From: Candidatus Thermofontivivens primus
GTDB taxonomy: Bacteria; Sysuimicrobiota; Sysuimicrobiia; Sysuimicrobiales; Thermofontiviventaceae
Direction: 5' to 3'
DNA: 60,337 bases
NCBI GenBank assembly: GCA_031458695.1
Contig: JAVKJW010000014.1
Location: 1-60,337, forward strand
Shown here piece by piece: positions 47,747 through 56,957 of this stretch. Position 1 is the first letter of the stretch. Each line of letters opens with the position of its first letter. The translations under genes were made by a program, and so were the position numbers. Under the pieces are notes generated by a model. It ran no database searches. It saw nothing but the letters and a program-made list of their open reading frames with translations, and was not told the DNA's origin.

Positions 47747-49605
47747 CGCTCGCGGCGTCCTTGCAGGAGTATTTCACTACCCACCCAATTTTTCTCGCGA
47801 GCATTCTTTGGAGCTTCTCCAGCGATCCCTGGAGGGGATCCTCCAGCGTAGGACGCCCCTGGCCGGCGTCCCACCTCTGAAAAATATGCGGCAAAGATCT
47901 GCCGGGCAATAGGTGCTGCCGCCACCCCTCCCCTCCTGCCGAACTCCACCAGCACGACCACAACCAGCTGGGGATCCTCAGCAGGCGCAAACCCCCCGAA
48001 CCAAGCATGGGGTTCTCCAAGCGGGTTCTCGGCACTTCCTGTCTTCCCAGCGATGGAGAGGCCGGATACTGCAGCAGAGCGTCCCGTCCCCCTCGTCACG
48101 ACGGCGATCATCCCCTCCCGGAGGACCTGCAGGGATCGCGGCCGGACGGGGACGGACTCAAAAGGCCCGTGGGGAACACGCTCTAACACACTCCCATCCG
48201 GTGCGAGGACGCTCCGCAGGAGATGGGGTCTTGGGAGGAACCCTCCATTTGCGATGGCGCTGATGGCCCGGGCGACCTGCAGGGGGCTTACCTGGACGTA
48301 CCCCTGTCCAATGGCCATGTTCAGGGTCTCGCCAGGATACCAGAGCTCCCCCTTCTCTTGCTCCTTCCAGGCAGGGTCCGGGATCAGACCCTTGGCTTCG
48401 CTGGGAAGGTCTATGCCCGTGGGCCGGCCCATCCCAAGGCGCCTCGCGTATTCGGCGAGGCGCTCTGGGCCGACCTGCCGTCCCAGAATCCAAAACATCA
48501 CATTACAGGACTGGGCCACACCCTCGATGAAATTGACGCGGCCATGAGCCTTCCAGTCCTTGAACACCCACTTTCCCAAACGCAGGAATCCTGGGCAGTT
48601 GATGGTCGTCCTCTCTGTCGCCACACCTGCGTCCACGGCCGCCAGGGCTGTGACAATCTTGAACACGGAGCCAGGCTCGTACGTCATGTCTACGGCGCGG
48701 TTCAGCAGGGGAAGACCCGGATCCGTCATGATCCGTTTCCACTCCTGGGCGGAGATGCCTACAGCAAAAAGATTGGGATCGAACGCCGGATGGCTCACTA
48801 GCGCCAGGATCTCTCCACTCTTCGGGTCCATGGCGACGATCGCACCCTTGCGGTCCCCGAGTGCTTCCTCGGCGGCTCGTTGCAAGTTTACATCCAGGGA
48901 TAAGACAAGGGAGTTCCCCGGGGTGGGGGGCGTCGATCCCAGGACCCGAAGAGGCCGCCCCATGGCGTCTACCTCCACCTGGAGGCGACCGTTGGTGCCC
49001 CGGAGCAGGCGGTCGTACATCCGCTCGATCCCCGTCTTCCCAATGAGGTCGCCCATGGAGTACCCCTGCCCCTTCCTCACCTTCAACTCCTCCTCGCTGA
49101 TCTCCCCGAGGTATCCAAGAACATGAGCAGCAAGCTTTCCATAGAGGTAGTGACGCACAGGTTCTGCCTGGATAAGGATGCCAGGGAGCTCCAGGCGGCG
49201 CTCCTCAATCTTCGTGACCACTTCGAGGCTAACATCACGGGCAATGCGTACTGGTTCGAAGGGACGGTAACGGATTGCTGCCTGAACCTTCCCAGCGATT
49301 TCGGAAGGATCCATACCGAGGAGCCGCCCTAGGAGAGCAAACTCCTGAGAGCTCTGGACCTCCATGGGGAGAACCGAAACGGTGAAGGAGGGACGGTTGG
49401 AGAGGAGAGGCTTGCCTTGGCGATCATAGATCAGCCCGCGTGGAGCGGTCACGGGATAGCTCCTAATCCTATTCTCCTCGGAGAGGCGAAGGAACTCCTC
49501 CCCGCGCAGTACCTGGAGCTGCCAGAGACGTCCCACCAGGACAAGGAAGAGGAGGAGAATCGCCATCCGCAAAATGGTCAGGCGCCTCTGGGGGTCTATA
49601 CTCAT
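47743..49605 (-). CDS. mrdA: Penicillin-binding protein 2
   Basis: PGSVFK (SxxK), QSCN (SxN), GKTG; between mreD and rodA. Confidence 0.95.
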   Translation of the reverse strand: MSIDPQRRLTILRMAILLLFLVLVGRLWQLQVLRGEEFLRLSEENRIRSYPVTAPRGLIYDRQGKPLLSNRPSFTVSVLPMEVQSSQEFALLGRLLGMDPSEIAGKVQAAIRYRPFEPVRIARDVSLEVVTKIEERRLELPGILIQAEPVRHYLYGKLAAHVLGYLGEISEEELKVRKGQGYSMGDLIGKTGIERMYDRLLRGTNGRLQVEVDAMGRPLRVLGSTPPTPGNSLVLSLDVNLQRAAEEALGDRKGAIVAMDPKSGEILALVSHPAFDPNLFAVGISAQEWKRIMTDPGLPLLNRAVDMTYEPGSVFKIVTALAAVDAGVATERTTINCPGFLRLGKWVFKDWKAHGRVNFIEGVAQSCNVMFWILGRQVGPERLAEYARRLGMGRPTGIDLPSEAKGLIPDPAWKEQEKGELWYPGETLNMAIGQGYVQVSPLQVARAISAIANGGFLPRPHLLRSVLAPDGSVLERVPHGPFESVPVRPRSLQVLREGMIAVVTRGTGRSAAVSGLSIAGKTGSAENPLGEPHAWFGGFAPAEDPQLVVVVLVEFGRRGGVAAAPIARQIFAAYFSEVGRRPGASYAGGSPPGIAGEAPKNAREKNWVGSEILLQGRRER

Positions 49606-50132
49606 CTTCCCCCCTCCCTCCGTGATCTCCCTCGGAACGACTGGCGGCTCCCTGAAAACCTCTCTTCAATCCCCCGGAGGAGGGCGAGGAAGAGCGGACC
49701 AAACGGGGCGTTATAGAGGGCCTGTAGGAGCGCTTTTTCAATCCACTGGAGGAAGAGAACCTGGAACTGGCCGGTGAGGGCTGCGAGGCTGGTCCAAATC
49801 GCCTCGTGAAGGAAGGTGCCTAACCCCGTGACCACGAGAACCGGCAAGGGGGACTCGAGGTAGAGGCCTGCCCTGAGGAACCCCGAGAGGTATCCGAGGG
49901 AAAGTTTCGCCATACCCATAAGGCCGAGGCTTGTTCCACCGAACAAATCCTGCGCGAGGCCGCCGGCCAACCCGAAGAGAGCTCCCTCCTCTGGACCCCT
50001 CAGCAAGCCAATGGCCATGACAAGAGGCAGGACTGGATCCAGGACGACACCCATGATCGCGATATGCACGAGCCATGTCGTCTGGACGATGGTCGTGACA
50101 AGAATGACCAAGAGGATGAGCGTGACCCGCAC
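49602..50132 (-). CDS. mreD: Rod shape-determining protein MreD
   Basis: Hydrophobic, GLAQDL motif, operon position; start GTG 50132. Confidence 0.85.
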   Translation of the reverse strand: MRVTLILLVILVTTIVQTTWLVHIAIMGVVLDPVLPLVMAIGLLRGPEEGALFGLAGGLAQDLFGGTSLGLMGMAKLSLGYLSGFLRAGLYLESPLPVLVVTGLGTFLHEAIWTSLAALTGQFQVLFLQWIEKALLQALYNAPFGPLFLALLRGIEERFSGSRQSFRGRSRREGGR

Positions 50133-50133
50133 T

Positions 50134-50976
50134 TTATCTCCCCTGCAGGACGACGAGGACCTCTTCAAGCCGATCCAGGTCTGCCCCTGGCCGAACTTCT
50201 GCTTCCTGGAAAAGTCCTGACTCGTCCTTGGTCACTGTAACGATGGTCCCGATGAATAAACCTCGGGGGAAGATGCCTCCAAGGCCGGAGGTCACCACGA
50301 GATCTCCTTCCTGAACCTCTGCAGAGCGGGTCAGGTACCGCATAGACAGCCGGCCTTCTCCAAGGCCCTGGACTACCCCAACATCCCTCGATCGCTGAAC
50401 CAATGCCCCTACAGCACTCCGTGGATCGGAGATGAGCAGAACCCGCGCGCTGGCAGGCGTGACCTCCATCACCCTCCCTACAAGGCCGGAAGGGGCGAGA
50501 ACCGGGTCGTTCACGGAGATCCCGCTCCTACTCCCCCGGTCGAGAAGGATGGTGTGATACCAAGCGTTAGGGCTGCGGGCAATGACCCGTGCTGCGATGG
50601 TCCGCTGAGGAAGGGACCGGGCGAGTCCGAGAATCCTCTCGAGTCGTTCAGCCTCCCGGGCCTGCTCCCGGAGGCGGTGAATCTCTTCCGAGAGCATTTC
50701 AACCTGGCGGCGGAGCTGCTGGTTCTCCACACGGAGCTCCCCAATTTCTGAGAGAGCTCTCCATGTGCTTGCGACCGCTTCGCTCACACGAGCCAGCGCA
50801 GCCTGGACGGGCGTCATGGCTGCGACGACGAGAGTACCCAGGAACCCAATCTCCCTCCTGTCCTCGGAACGCGCCTGAACCGTCAAAACGGCCAACGCAA
50901 ATAGGACCAGGAGTGCGAACAAGACCATTCGCCGGCTGACCACGCTCACCACCGCGATCTTCTCGCCCACTTTCAA
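50134..50976 (-). CDS. mreC: Rod shape-determining protein MreC
   Basis: TM, coiled coil (LRVENQQL), GLVGRV, VVTSGLGGIFP; exact start uncertain. Confidence 0.92.
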   Translation of the reverse strand: MKVGEKIAVVSVVSRRMVLFALLVLFALAVLTVQARSEDRREIGFLGTLVVAAMTPVQAALARVSEAVASTWRALSEIGELRVENQQLRRQVEMLSEEIHRLREQAREAERLERILGLARSLPQRTIAARVIARSPNAWYHTILLDRGSRSGISVNDPVLAPSGLVGRVMEVTPASARVLLISDPRSAVGALVQRSRDVGVVQGLGEGRLSMRYLTRSAEVQEGDLVVTSGLGGIFPRGLFIGTIVTVTKDESGLFQEAEVRPGADLDRLEEVLVVLQGR

Positions 50977-51023
50977 AAATTCGCCAAGCGAATCCTTGGG
51001 GATTGCTCAAAAGGTGTTGTGCC

Positions 51024-52118
<1,095 letters not shown>

Positions 52119-52820
52119 TCATGCCAGGAGCGCGTGCTCCCGGAAACTATAGAATTGTCCATCGCCCAGGATGATGTGGTCAACCACCTTGATCCCCACG
52201 ATCTCCCCCGCAGCTTGGAGTTGCTCGGTAATCCGCATATCTTCCCGGCTTGGCTCCGCTTGGCCCGAAGGGTGGTTATGGACGAGAACGACCGCAGCAG
52301 CACTCTTCCGGATCGCTTCTTTAAACACCTCCCTGGGGTGGACCGTCGTGGCGTTCAAGCTCCCGACGGAGATGTTCACGATACCCAGCACGCGGTGCTT
52401 GGTGTCCAGGAGGATCACCCGGAAGTGCTCCCGGTCCAACATGCGCATCTCGGGCATCAGAAGCCGGGCCACGTCATGGGGAGAACGGATCGCGGGGCGA
52501 GGGGTGGGTGGCGCGGTGAGTAACCGCTTTCCTAGCTCCAGGGCTGCGACAACCCGGACCGCTTTGGCTGGCCCGACCCCTTTCACGGAAAGGAGATCCG
52601 CGACCTTTGCCTTGGCAAGCTGGTCGAGAGAGCCAAAGCGGGAGAGCAATTCCTCAGCTAGATCAAGCGCTGTACGTTGTGGCGTTCCCGATTGCAACAG
52701 GATTGCCATGAGCTCGGTCGTAGAAAGCGTCTCGGCACCAGAGCGCAAGAGCCGTTCTCGAGGTCGAATCTCCTCTGGAAGCTCCTTTAGCGTTAACTTC
52801 CTTTGGAACTCCAAGGTCAC
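52119..52820 (-). CDS. radC: RadC family JAB domain protein
   Basis: RPRERL, HhH GVGPAKA, VHPREVF, HNHPSG...S..D. Confidence 0.95.
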   Translation of the reverse strand: MTLEFQRKLTLKELPEEIRPRERLLRSGAETLSTTELMAILLQSGTPQRTALDLAEELLSRFGSLDQLAKAKVADLLSVKGVGPAKAVRVVAALELGKRLLTAPPTPRPAIRSPHDVARLLMPEMRMLDREHFRVILLDTKHRVLGIVNISVGSLNATTVHPREVFKEAIRKSAAAVVLVHNHPSGQAEPSREDMRITEQLQAAGEIVGIKVVDHIILGDGQFYSFREHALLA

Positions 52821-52892
52821 TCCCTGCTTCCCCCGCCCTTGCCGGGGTACTCCTCCTCCCAGTGTACCGGTTCGTGCAGACGTTGTTTATCC

Positions 52893-53153
52893 TTACAAAA
52901 GCCGGTAGATCCAAATCGCAAGTATTATACCAACGAGCATGGCCAGGTTCAATCGAACTGTAAACCCAATGGTGAGCCTGAGAAGGCGGAGGTCCACTGT
53001 GAGGGGAGGGTCAAGTCCAGCCCCCACGCTACGCGCGAGGAACTGGAAGGCAGGGTACTGGCCCACTGCCTCGGCAATCACACTACCCAGGAACCCCCCG
53101 ATGACGATTACGAAGACCAGAACCCACCAGGGGCTCCTGTACCTTCTGGCCAC
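52893..53153 (-). CDS. DUF4321-like small membrane protein
   Basis: Two TM segments with LDL..L.LTIG...LN pattern, upstream of radC-mreB. Confidence 0.7.
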   Translation of the reverse strand: MARRYRSPWWVLVFVIVIGGFLGSVIAEAVGQYPAFQFLARSVGAGLDPPLTVDLRLLRLTIGFTVRLNLAMLVGIILAIWIYRLL

Positions 53154-53316
53154 GAAGCTCCTCCGAACGTTGTCCCCGTCACAGGAGCTGATGCGTACGC
53201 GCCTCGACGGGGAAATTCAACGATACCCTTTCGCTCTCCAGCTACGGGAAATTTCCGGCAGGGAGATGTCCTTCCTCAAAGCCCTAAGGGAACGGCTAGC
53301 GTTCATAGTGGCTTTC

Positions 53317-53352
53317 GTACCCCGGCAAGTTTTGCTCTTGCCGGAGATCCCC
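53317..53352. repeat. Short hairpin-B copy of interspersed repeat
   Basis: GTACCCCGGCAAGTTTTGCTCTTGCCGGAG. Confidence 0.55.
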
Positions 53353-53409
53353 AAGAAATCAATGAAGATTCCCTTCCCAACGAGGTTGAGGAAAGAACCC
53401 TCATGCCGC

Positions 53410-53589
53410 TCAGCGGTCCTCATCCCGGGATGCGCTCTTCAGCTCTTCCTCTGTCTCCTTAACCGCTCCCCGGAACTCCTTGATCGCCTTCCCCAGCGCA
53501 CCCCCGATGCCGGCAAGCCGGGCAGGACCAAAGATCAACAGGGCGATAACCAGAATGATGATAAGCTCCTGCGTACCTAACCCGAACAT
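53410..53589 (-). CDS. tatA: Twin-arginine translocase TatA
   Basis: MFGLGTQELIIILVIALLIFGPARL...GKAIKEFR; ATG 53589 after GGAGG. Confidence 0.93.
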   Translation of the reverse strand: MFGLGTQELIIILVIALLIFGPARLAGIGGALGKAIKEFRGAVKETEEELKSASRDEDR

Positions 53590-53684
53590 GGAGCCACCTC
53601 CTGCCCTATTATACCTCGGCGTCCAGACCCTTACCAGAAGGAAAAACGACACGTGACCATGGGGCGATGTCCCAAGAAGACCCA

Positions 53685-54653
53685 TTACTCCTGGAGTCCT
53701 AGTGCCCAGCGCAGCGTCTCGTCCAGTGGACGCGGCGTGAGGCCGAAGGTCTGGTAGGCAGGGGCGGGATCGCAGACATTGTCCAGAAGAAGCGCCTCAA
53801 ACTCCGCGGAAGTGATGGGAGGATTGGAAAGGATGCGCTCCCCGGCTCGCACGAGGAACCAAGAGAGGGAGAGGGGGATGTGAACCTTATAGCGATGCTT
53901 GCGCAGGATCTGGAGGAGCCGGTCGAGCAAAGAGCTGTATGTTACCACCTCCGGGCCTCCGAGATCGAACTCCCGGCCCACCACGTCCTCTCGCTCGACC
54001 GCCTGGATCACGCACCTGATCACATCCCGCAAGTCGATGGGCATAGACCGGTAGGTCCCGTCCCCAAGTACGGGGATCAAGGGGAGGAGGTCAGCCAGGC
54101 GCTCCAGGAGCGGGCTTTCGCCGACCCTGAGGATGAACGGGTAGAAGGGACCATACCGGGTGAGTGCAAGGAGCTGTGCTAGCGCGCCCCCTCCAGGGCC
54201 GAAGATCAACGAAGGGCGGAAGATGGTATAAGGAACCGCTCCTCTCCTCACGGCTTCCTCACCGCGCCACTTCGAGGCTAGGTACCGACTCGGGGCTACG
54301 GGAGAAGCGCCCAGCGCGCTCAGGTGAATCAGTTTTCGCACGCCGCAGCGGTGGGCAGCGGAGACCACTGCCTGGGTCCCAAGGTGGTTGATAGCTTCGA
54401 AGGTATGGGGGCCCCGCTCCCGGATGATGGCCACAAGGTGGACGACCACGGAGCAACCTTGAAATGCCCTTTCCAGGGAAACTTCATCCCGGACATCGGC
54501 TTGCACTCCTTCGATCCCCAGCGAACGAGCCCATGTCTCCCCCTGCGACGAGTGAACCACGGCGCGGACGGGTATGCCGCGTTCTCGCATAACGCGGAGG
54601 AGGTTCCTCCCTACAAATCCGCTGGCCCCGGTGACAGCAATCATGGGAGGCAT
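53685..54653 (-). CDS. NAD-binding atypical SDR, complex I NDUFA9-like
   Basis: VTGASGFVG, HLSALGA, YLASK, FRPSLIFG. Confidence 0.85.
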   Translation of the reverse strand: MPPMIAVTGASGFVGRNLLRVMRERGIPVRAVVHSSQGETWARSLGIEGVQADVRDEVSLERAFQGCSVVVHLVAIIRERGPHTFEAINHLGTQAVVSAAHRCGVRKLIHLSALGASPVAPSRYLASKWRGEEAVRRGAVPYTIFRPSLIFGPGGGALAQLLALTRYGPFYPFILRVGESPLLERLADLLPLIPVLGDGTYRSMPIDLRDVIRCVIQAVEREDVVGREFDLGGPEVVTYSSLLDRLLQILRKHRYKVHIPLSLSWFLVRAGERILSNPPITSAEFEALLLDNVCDPAPAYQTFGLTPRPLDETLRWALGLQE

Positions 54654-54680
54654 CTCCCCTCAGGCGAATAGGTGGGATCA

Positions 54681-54753
54681 CTAGTCCCAGCGACTCTTCT
54701 GGTAAGGTTTCGCTGGAGGCCTGGCAAACGTCAACAGACGTTCACCGGGATAT
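54681..54753. repeat. Double-hairpin interspersed repeat with linker deleted
   Basis: TAGTCCCAGCGA...TTTCGCTGGAGG directly followed by CCTGGCAAACGTCAACAGACGTTCACCGGGATA. Confidence 0.55.
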
Positions 54754-54767
54754 TCATCCCTATATCC

Positions 54768-55796
54768 CTATCTTACTCGGCTGGTCACGAATTCGGTCAG
54801 TTCCATCAAGCTCCGCTTTGCCCGGCTCTCCGGGAGGATGCGAAGGGCTTCCGCAGCCCTCTCACTGTAGGAACGGGCAATATCCAGCGCGGCTGGGATC
54901 GCGTTGTACCGATCGAGAACCATGCGGATCTCCTCCAACCGGCCCTCGGGCTCCTGGAGGAGGCGCCGGAGCCTGTCCTGGTCGGAAGGCGTTCCCTCCC
55001 GGAGGGCGATGATCATAGGAAGGGTGATCTTTCCTCCATGGATGTCGCTCGCGATCGGCTTCCCCAGGACCTCAGGCGAGCTCGTCAGGTCCAGTGTATC
55101 GTCCACAATCTGGAAAGCCATCCCCCAGTTGAGACCGAAGGTAGCCAGAGCTTCCGCTTCCTCTAACGGAGCCCCGGCGACCAGGGCTCCGGCCCGGCAA
55201 GCAGCCGAGAACAGGCGGGCAGTCTTCCCCTCAATGATCTCGAAGTAGACCTCCTCGTCTGTATGGGGGACGCTCCCCATCTTGATCTGCTTGATCTCTG
55301 CCTGGCTCATCCCAACTGTCGCGTAGGCCATTGCGGGCGCAACCAGCGGATGGCTCACCCGCGAGAGGAGGTGAAAGGATTTGGCAAAGAGATAATCCCC
55401 CAGGAGAACGGCCACTTGGTTCCCCCAGCGCACATGCGCCGTGGCTGTACCACGGCGCATGTCCGACTGGTCGATGATATCATCGTGGATCAGGGAAGCC
55501 ACGTGGATGAGCTCGACGGCCCCGGCGATGTACAGGCGCTCCTCCCCTGCTCCTCCGCACGCCTGGGCTGCGAGGAAGACGAGGGCCGGCCGTACCATCT
55601 TCCCGCGTGTGGAGAGAACGTGGTGGACGAGTTGCCCGATGAAGACATCGTCGGATTGCAGCTCTTCCAAGAGGAGGGAGTTCAGCCTCTCAAGGTCGCC
55701 TGCAACAGGCTCGTAGATTGCAGCAAGATCCACCCCGTTCACCCCTGGGCGTCCTTCATAGGACGGATCCTCCGGCTCCTCAGAGCTCCCTGGCAA
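54768..55796 (-). CDS. Polyprenyl diphosphate synthase (HepT/IspB-like)
   Basis: GKMVRP, HDDIID..RRG, GDYL, KTA, FQIVDDTLD. True start probably ~55742. Confidence 0.93.
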   Translation of the reverse strand: MPGSSEEPEDPSYEGRPGVNGVDLAAIYEPVAGDLERLNSLLLEELQSDDVFIGQLVHHVLSTRGKMVRPALVFLAAQACGGAGEERLYIAGAVELIHVASLIHDDIIDQSDMRRGTATAHVRWGNQVAVLLGDYLFAKSFHLLSRVSHPLVAPAMAYATVGMSQAEIKQIKMGSVPHTDEEVYFEIIEGKTARLFSAACRAGALVAGAPLEEAEALATFGLNWGMAFQIVDDTLDLTSSPEVLGKPIASDIHGGKITLPMIIALREGTPSDQDRLRRLLQEPEGRLEEIRMVLDRYNAIPAALDIARSYSERAAEALRILPESRAKRSLMELTEFVTSRVR

Positions 55797-55858
55797 ACGT
55801 CTCCCGTTCTTTCAAAAAACTCTATTTTGCTTGGCTTTGATTGGCTCGTGAGACTGCC

Positions 55859-56230
55859 TCACTCTGAGACGGTGAGTGTGGCCTCCATGCCAGCTTCCTG
55901 GTGACCGGGGAGATTACACACAACCTTGTAGGTCCCCGGTTGGAGAGTCACCTCCAGCTTCTTCGTCTCCCCCGGCGCAATCTTGTCGACCTCCCCAACT
56001 CCTTCGATCACGAAGTTGTGCTCTACGGCGCCCTGGTTCTTGATCACAAAGGTAACCTTCCCTGGTTTTGCACGGATCTCCTTCGGTTGGATCGACCACT
56101 CGTTCTCGGTAATCGCGATCTCACCCGCTGCCGATGGTGCTGGGGCAGGTGGCTGGGCCTGCTGGCGTGCGCAGGCTGCGAGCAGCACAAGGGCGGCGAC
56201 AGCGAGGATCGTGGCGCGAACAAATCGCAT
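55859..56230 (-). CDS. Cupredoxin (type-1 blue copper) lipoprotein
   Basis: Lipobox LLAAC, EHNF and VCNLPGHQEAGM copper ligands (H, C, H, M); start ATG 56230. Confidence 0.88.
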   Translation of the reverse strand: MRFVRATILAVAALVLLAACARQQAQPPAPAPSAAGEIAITENEWSIQPKEIRAKPGKVTFVIKNQGAVEHNFVIEGVGEVDKIAPGETKKLEVTLQPGTYKVVCNLPGHQEAGMEATLTVSE

Positions 56231-56273
56231 CGTCCTGTTCCTCCTTTCTATGATGAGAGTACATAGCCCTGTC

Positions 56274-56390
56274 TCAAGCTTCGGCGATGAGCCCAAACGA
56301 GGCCACGAGCAAGAGGAGGGCGAAGAACACGATGTAGAAAAGGGCATAAGCCAAGATCGTCCCTACACTCTTCCGCCGGATCATCTCCAT
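56274..56390 (-). CDS. Putative 38-aa single-TM protein
   Basis: Manual translation MEMIRRKSVGTILAYALFYIVFFALLLLVASFGLIAEA; basic N-terminus plus hydrophobic helix; upstream TATAAT. Confidence 0.55.
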   Translation of the reverse strand: MEMIRRKSVGTILAYALFYIVFFALLLLVASFGLIAEA

Positions 56391-56450
56391 CACCTAGGGT
56401 ACTTTCCATTATTATAATGCTCGACGGTTGAAAGGACGCCCCTTGACGTT

Positions 56451-56491
56451 GTCCCCAGCGGAACCTTGTCAAGAGATTTCGTTGGGGCTGC
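56451..56491. repeat. Hairpin-A copy of interspersed repeat overlapping the 3' end of the mvhD-like gene
   Basis: CCCCAGCGGAACCTTGTCAAGAGATTTCGTTGGGGCTGC. Confidence 0.65.
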
Positions 56492-56957
56492 TTTGCTGAG
56501 CGGCCCTCGTCACCGCCTGGCCTCCTGGCACGACCCGCCTGCGCAGATCCTCCAGGAAAGCCTTGATCGCCAAGAGGAATCCCTCCCGATCATGCAGCCC
56601 ATAAGCCAGCATCGTTACCCGCTCTGGATCGATCCTCTGACGCTGGAGGCGGCGGCGCATCTGCTGGATCCTGTTCCTGATGAGAAAATTCCCCTCCCGA
56701 TTCAGGCAGTCCCCATACGGGCACCCGCAGACAAACACTCCGTCAGCTCCGTTCTTCAGGGCGAACTCCAGCCAGGAGGGCCGGATGAACCCCGAACAGG
56801 GGATCATCATCACGTAGACGTTCGGAACCTCCCGGAGCCTCCCGTCCTCCGTGAGCGCACCTTTGAGATCCACGCTCCAGTCGCAGACAAACCCTACCAC
56901 CTTCAGGGTGGGCTTTTCCTGGGATTGCAGAGAGGAACTGTGCTCTAGCTCCGACAT
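56469..56957 (-). CDS. MvhD/FlpD-like [2Fe-2S] protein
   Basis: GFVCDWS, IPCSG, GADGVFVCGCPYGDC...GN Cys pattern. Confidence 0.85.
   Translation of the reverse strand: MSELEHSSSLQSQEKPTLKVVGFVCDWSVDLKGALTEDGRLREVPNVYVMMIPCSGFIRPSWLEFALKNGADGVFVCGCPYGDCLNREGNFLIRNRIQQMRRRLQRQRIDPERVTMLAYGLHDREGFLLAIKAFLEDLRRRVVPGGQAVTRAAQQSSPNEIS

Noticed and set aside
52119..52820. radC as marker of a mobile element
   Set aside because: It is the full-length HhH-containing form in its usual chromosomal position before mreB, with no integrase or transposase nearby.
56469..56957. Hydrogenase or heterodisulfide reductase operon
   Set aside because: Only the MvhD-like module is present; there are no NiFe subunits or HdrABC in the window.
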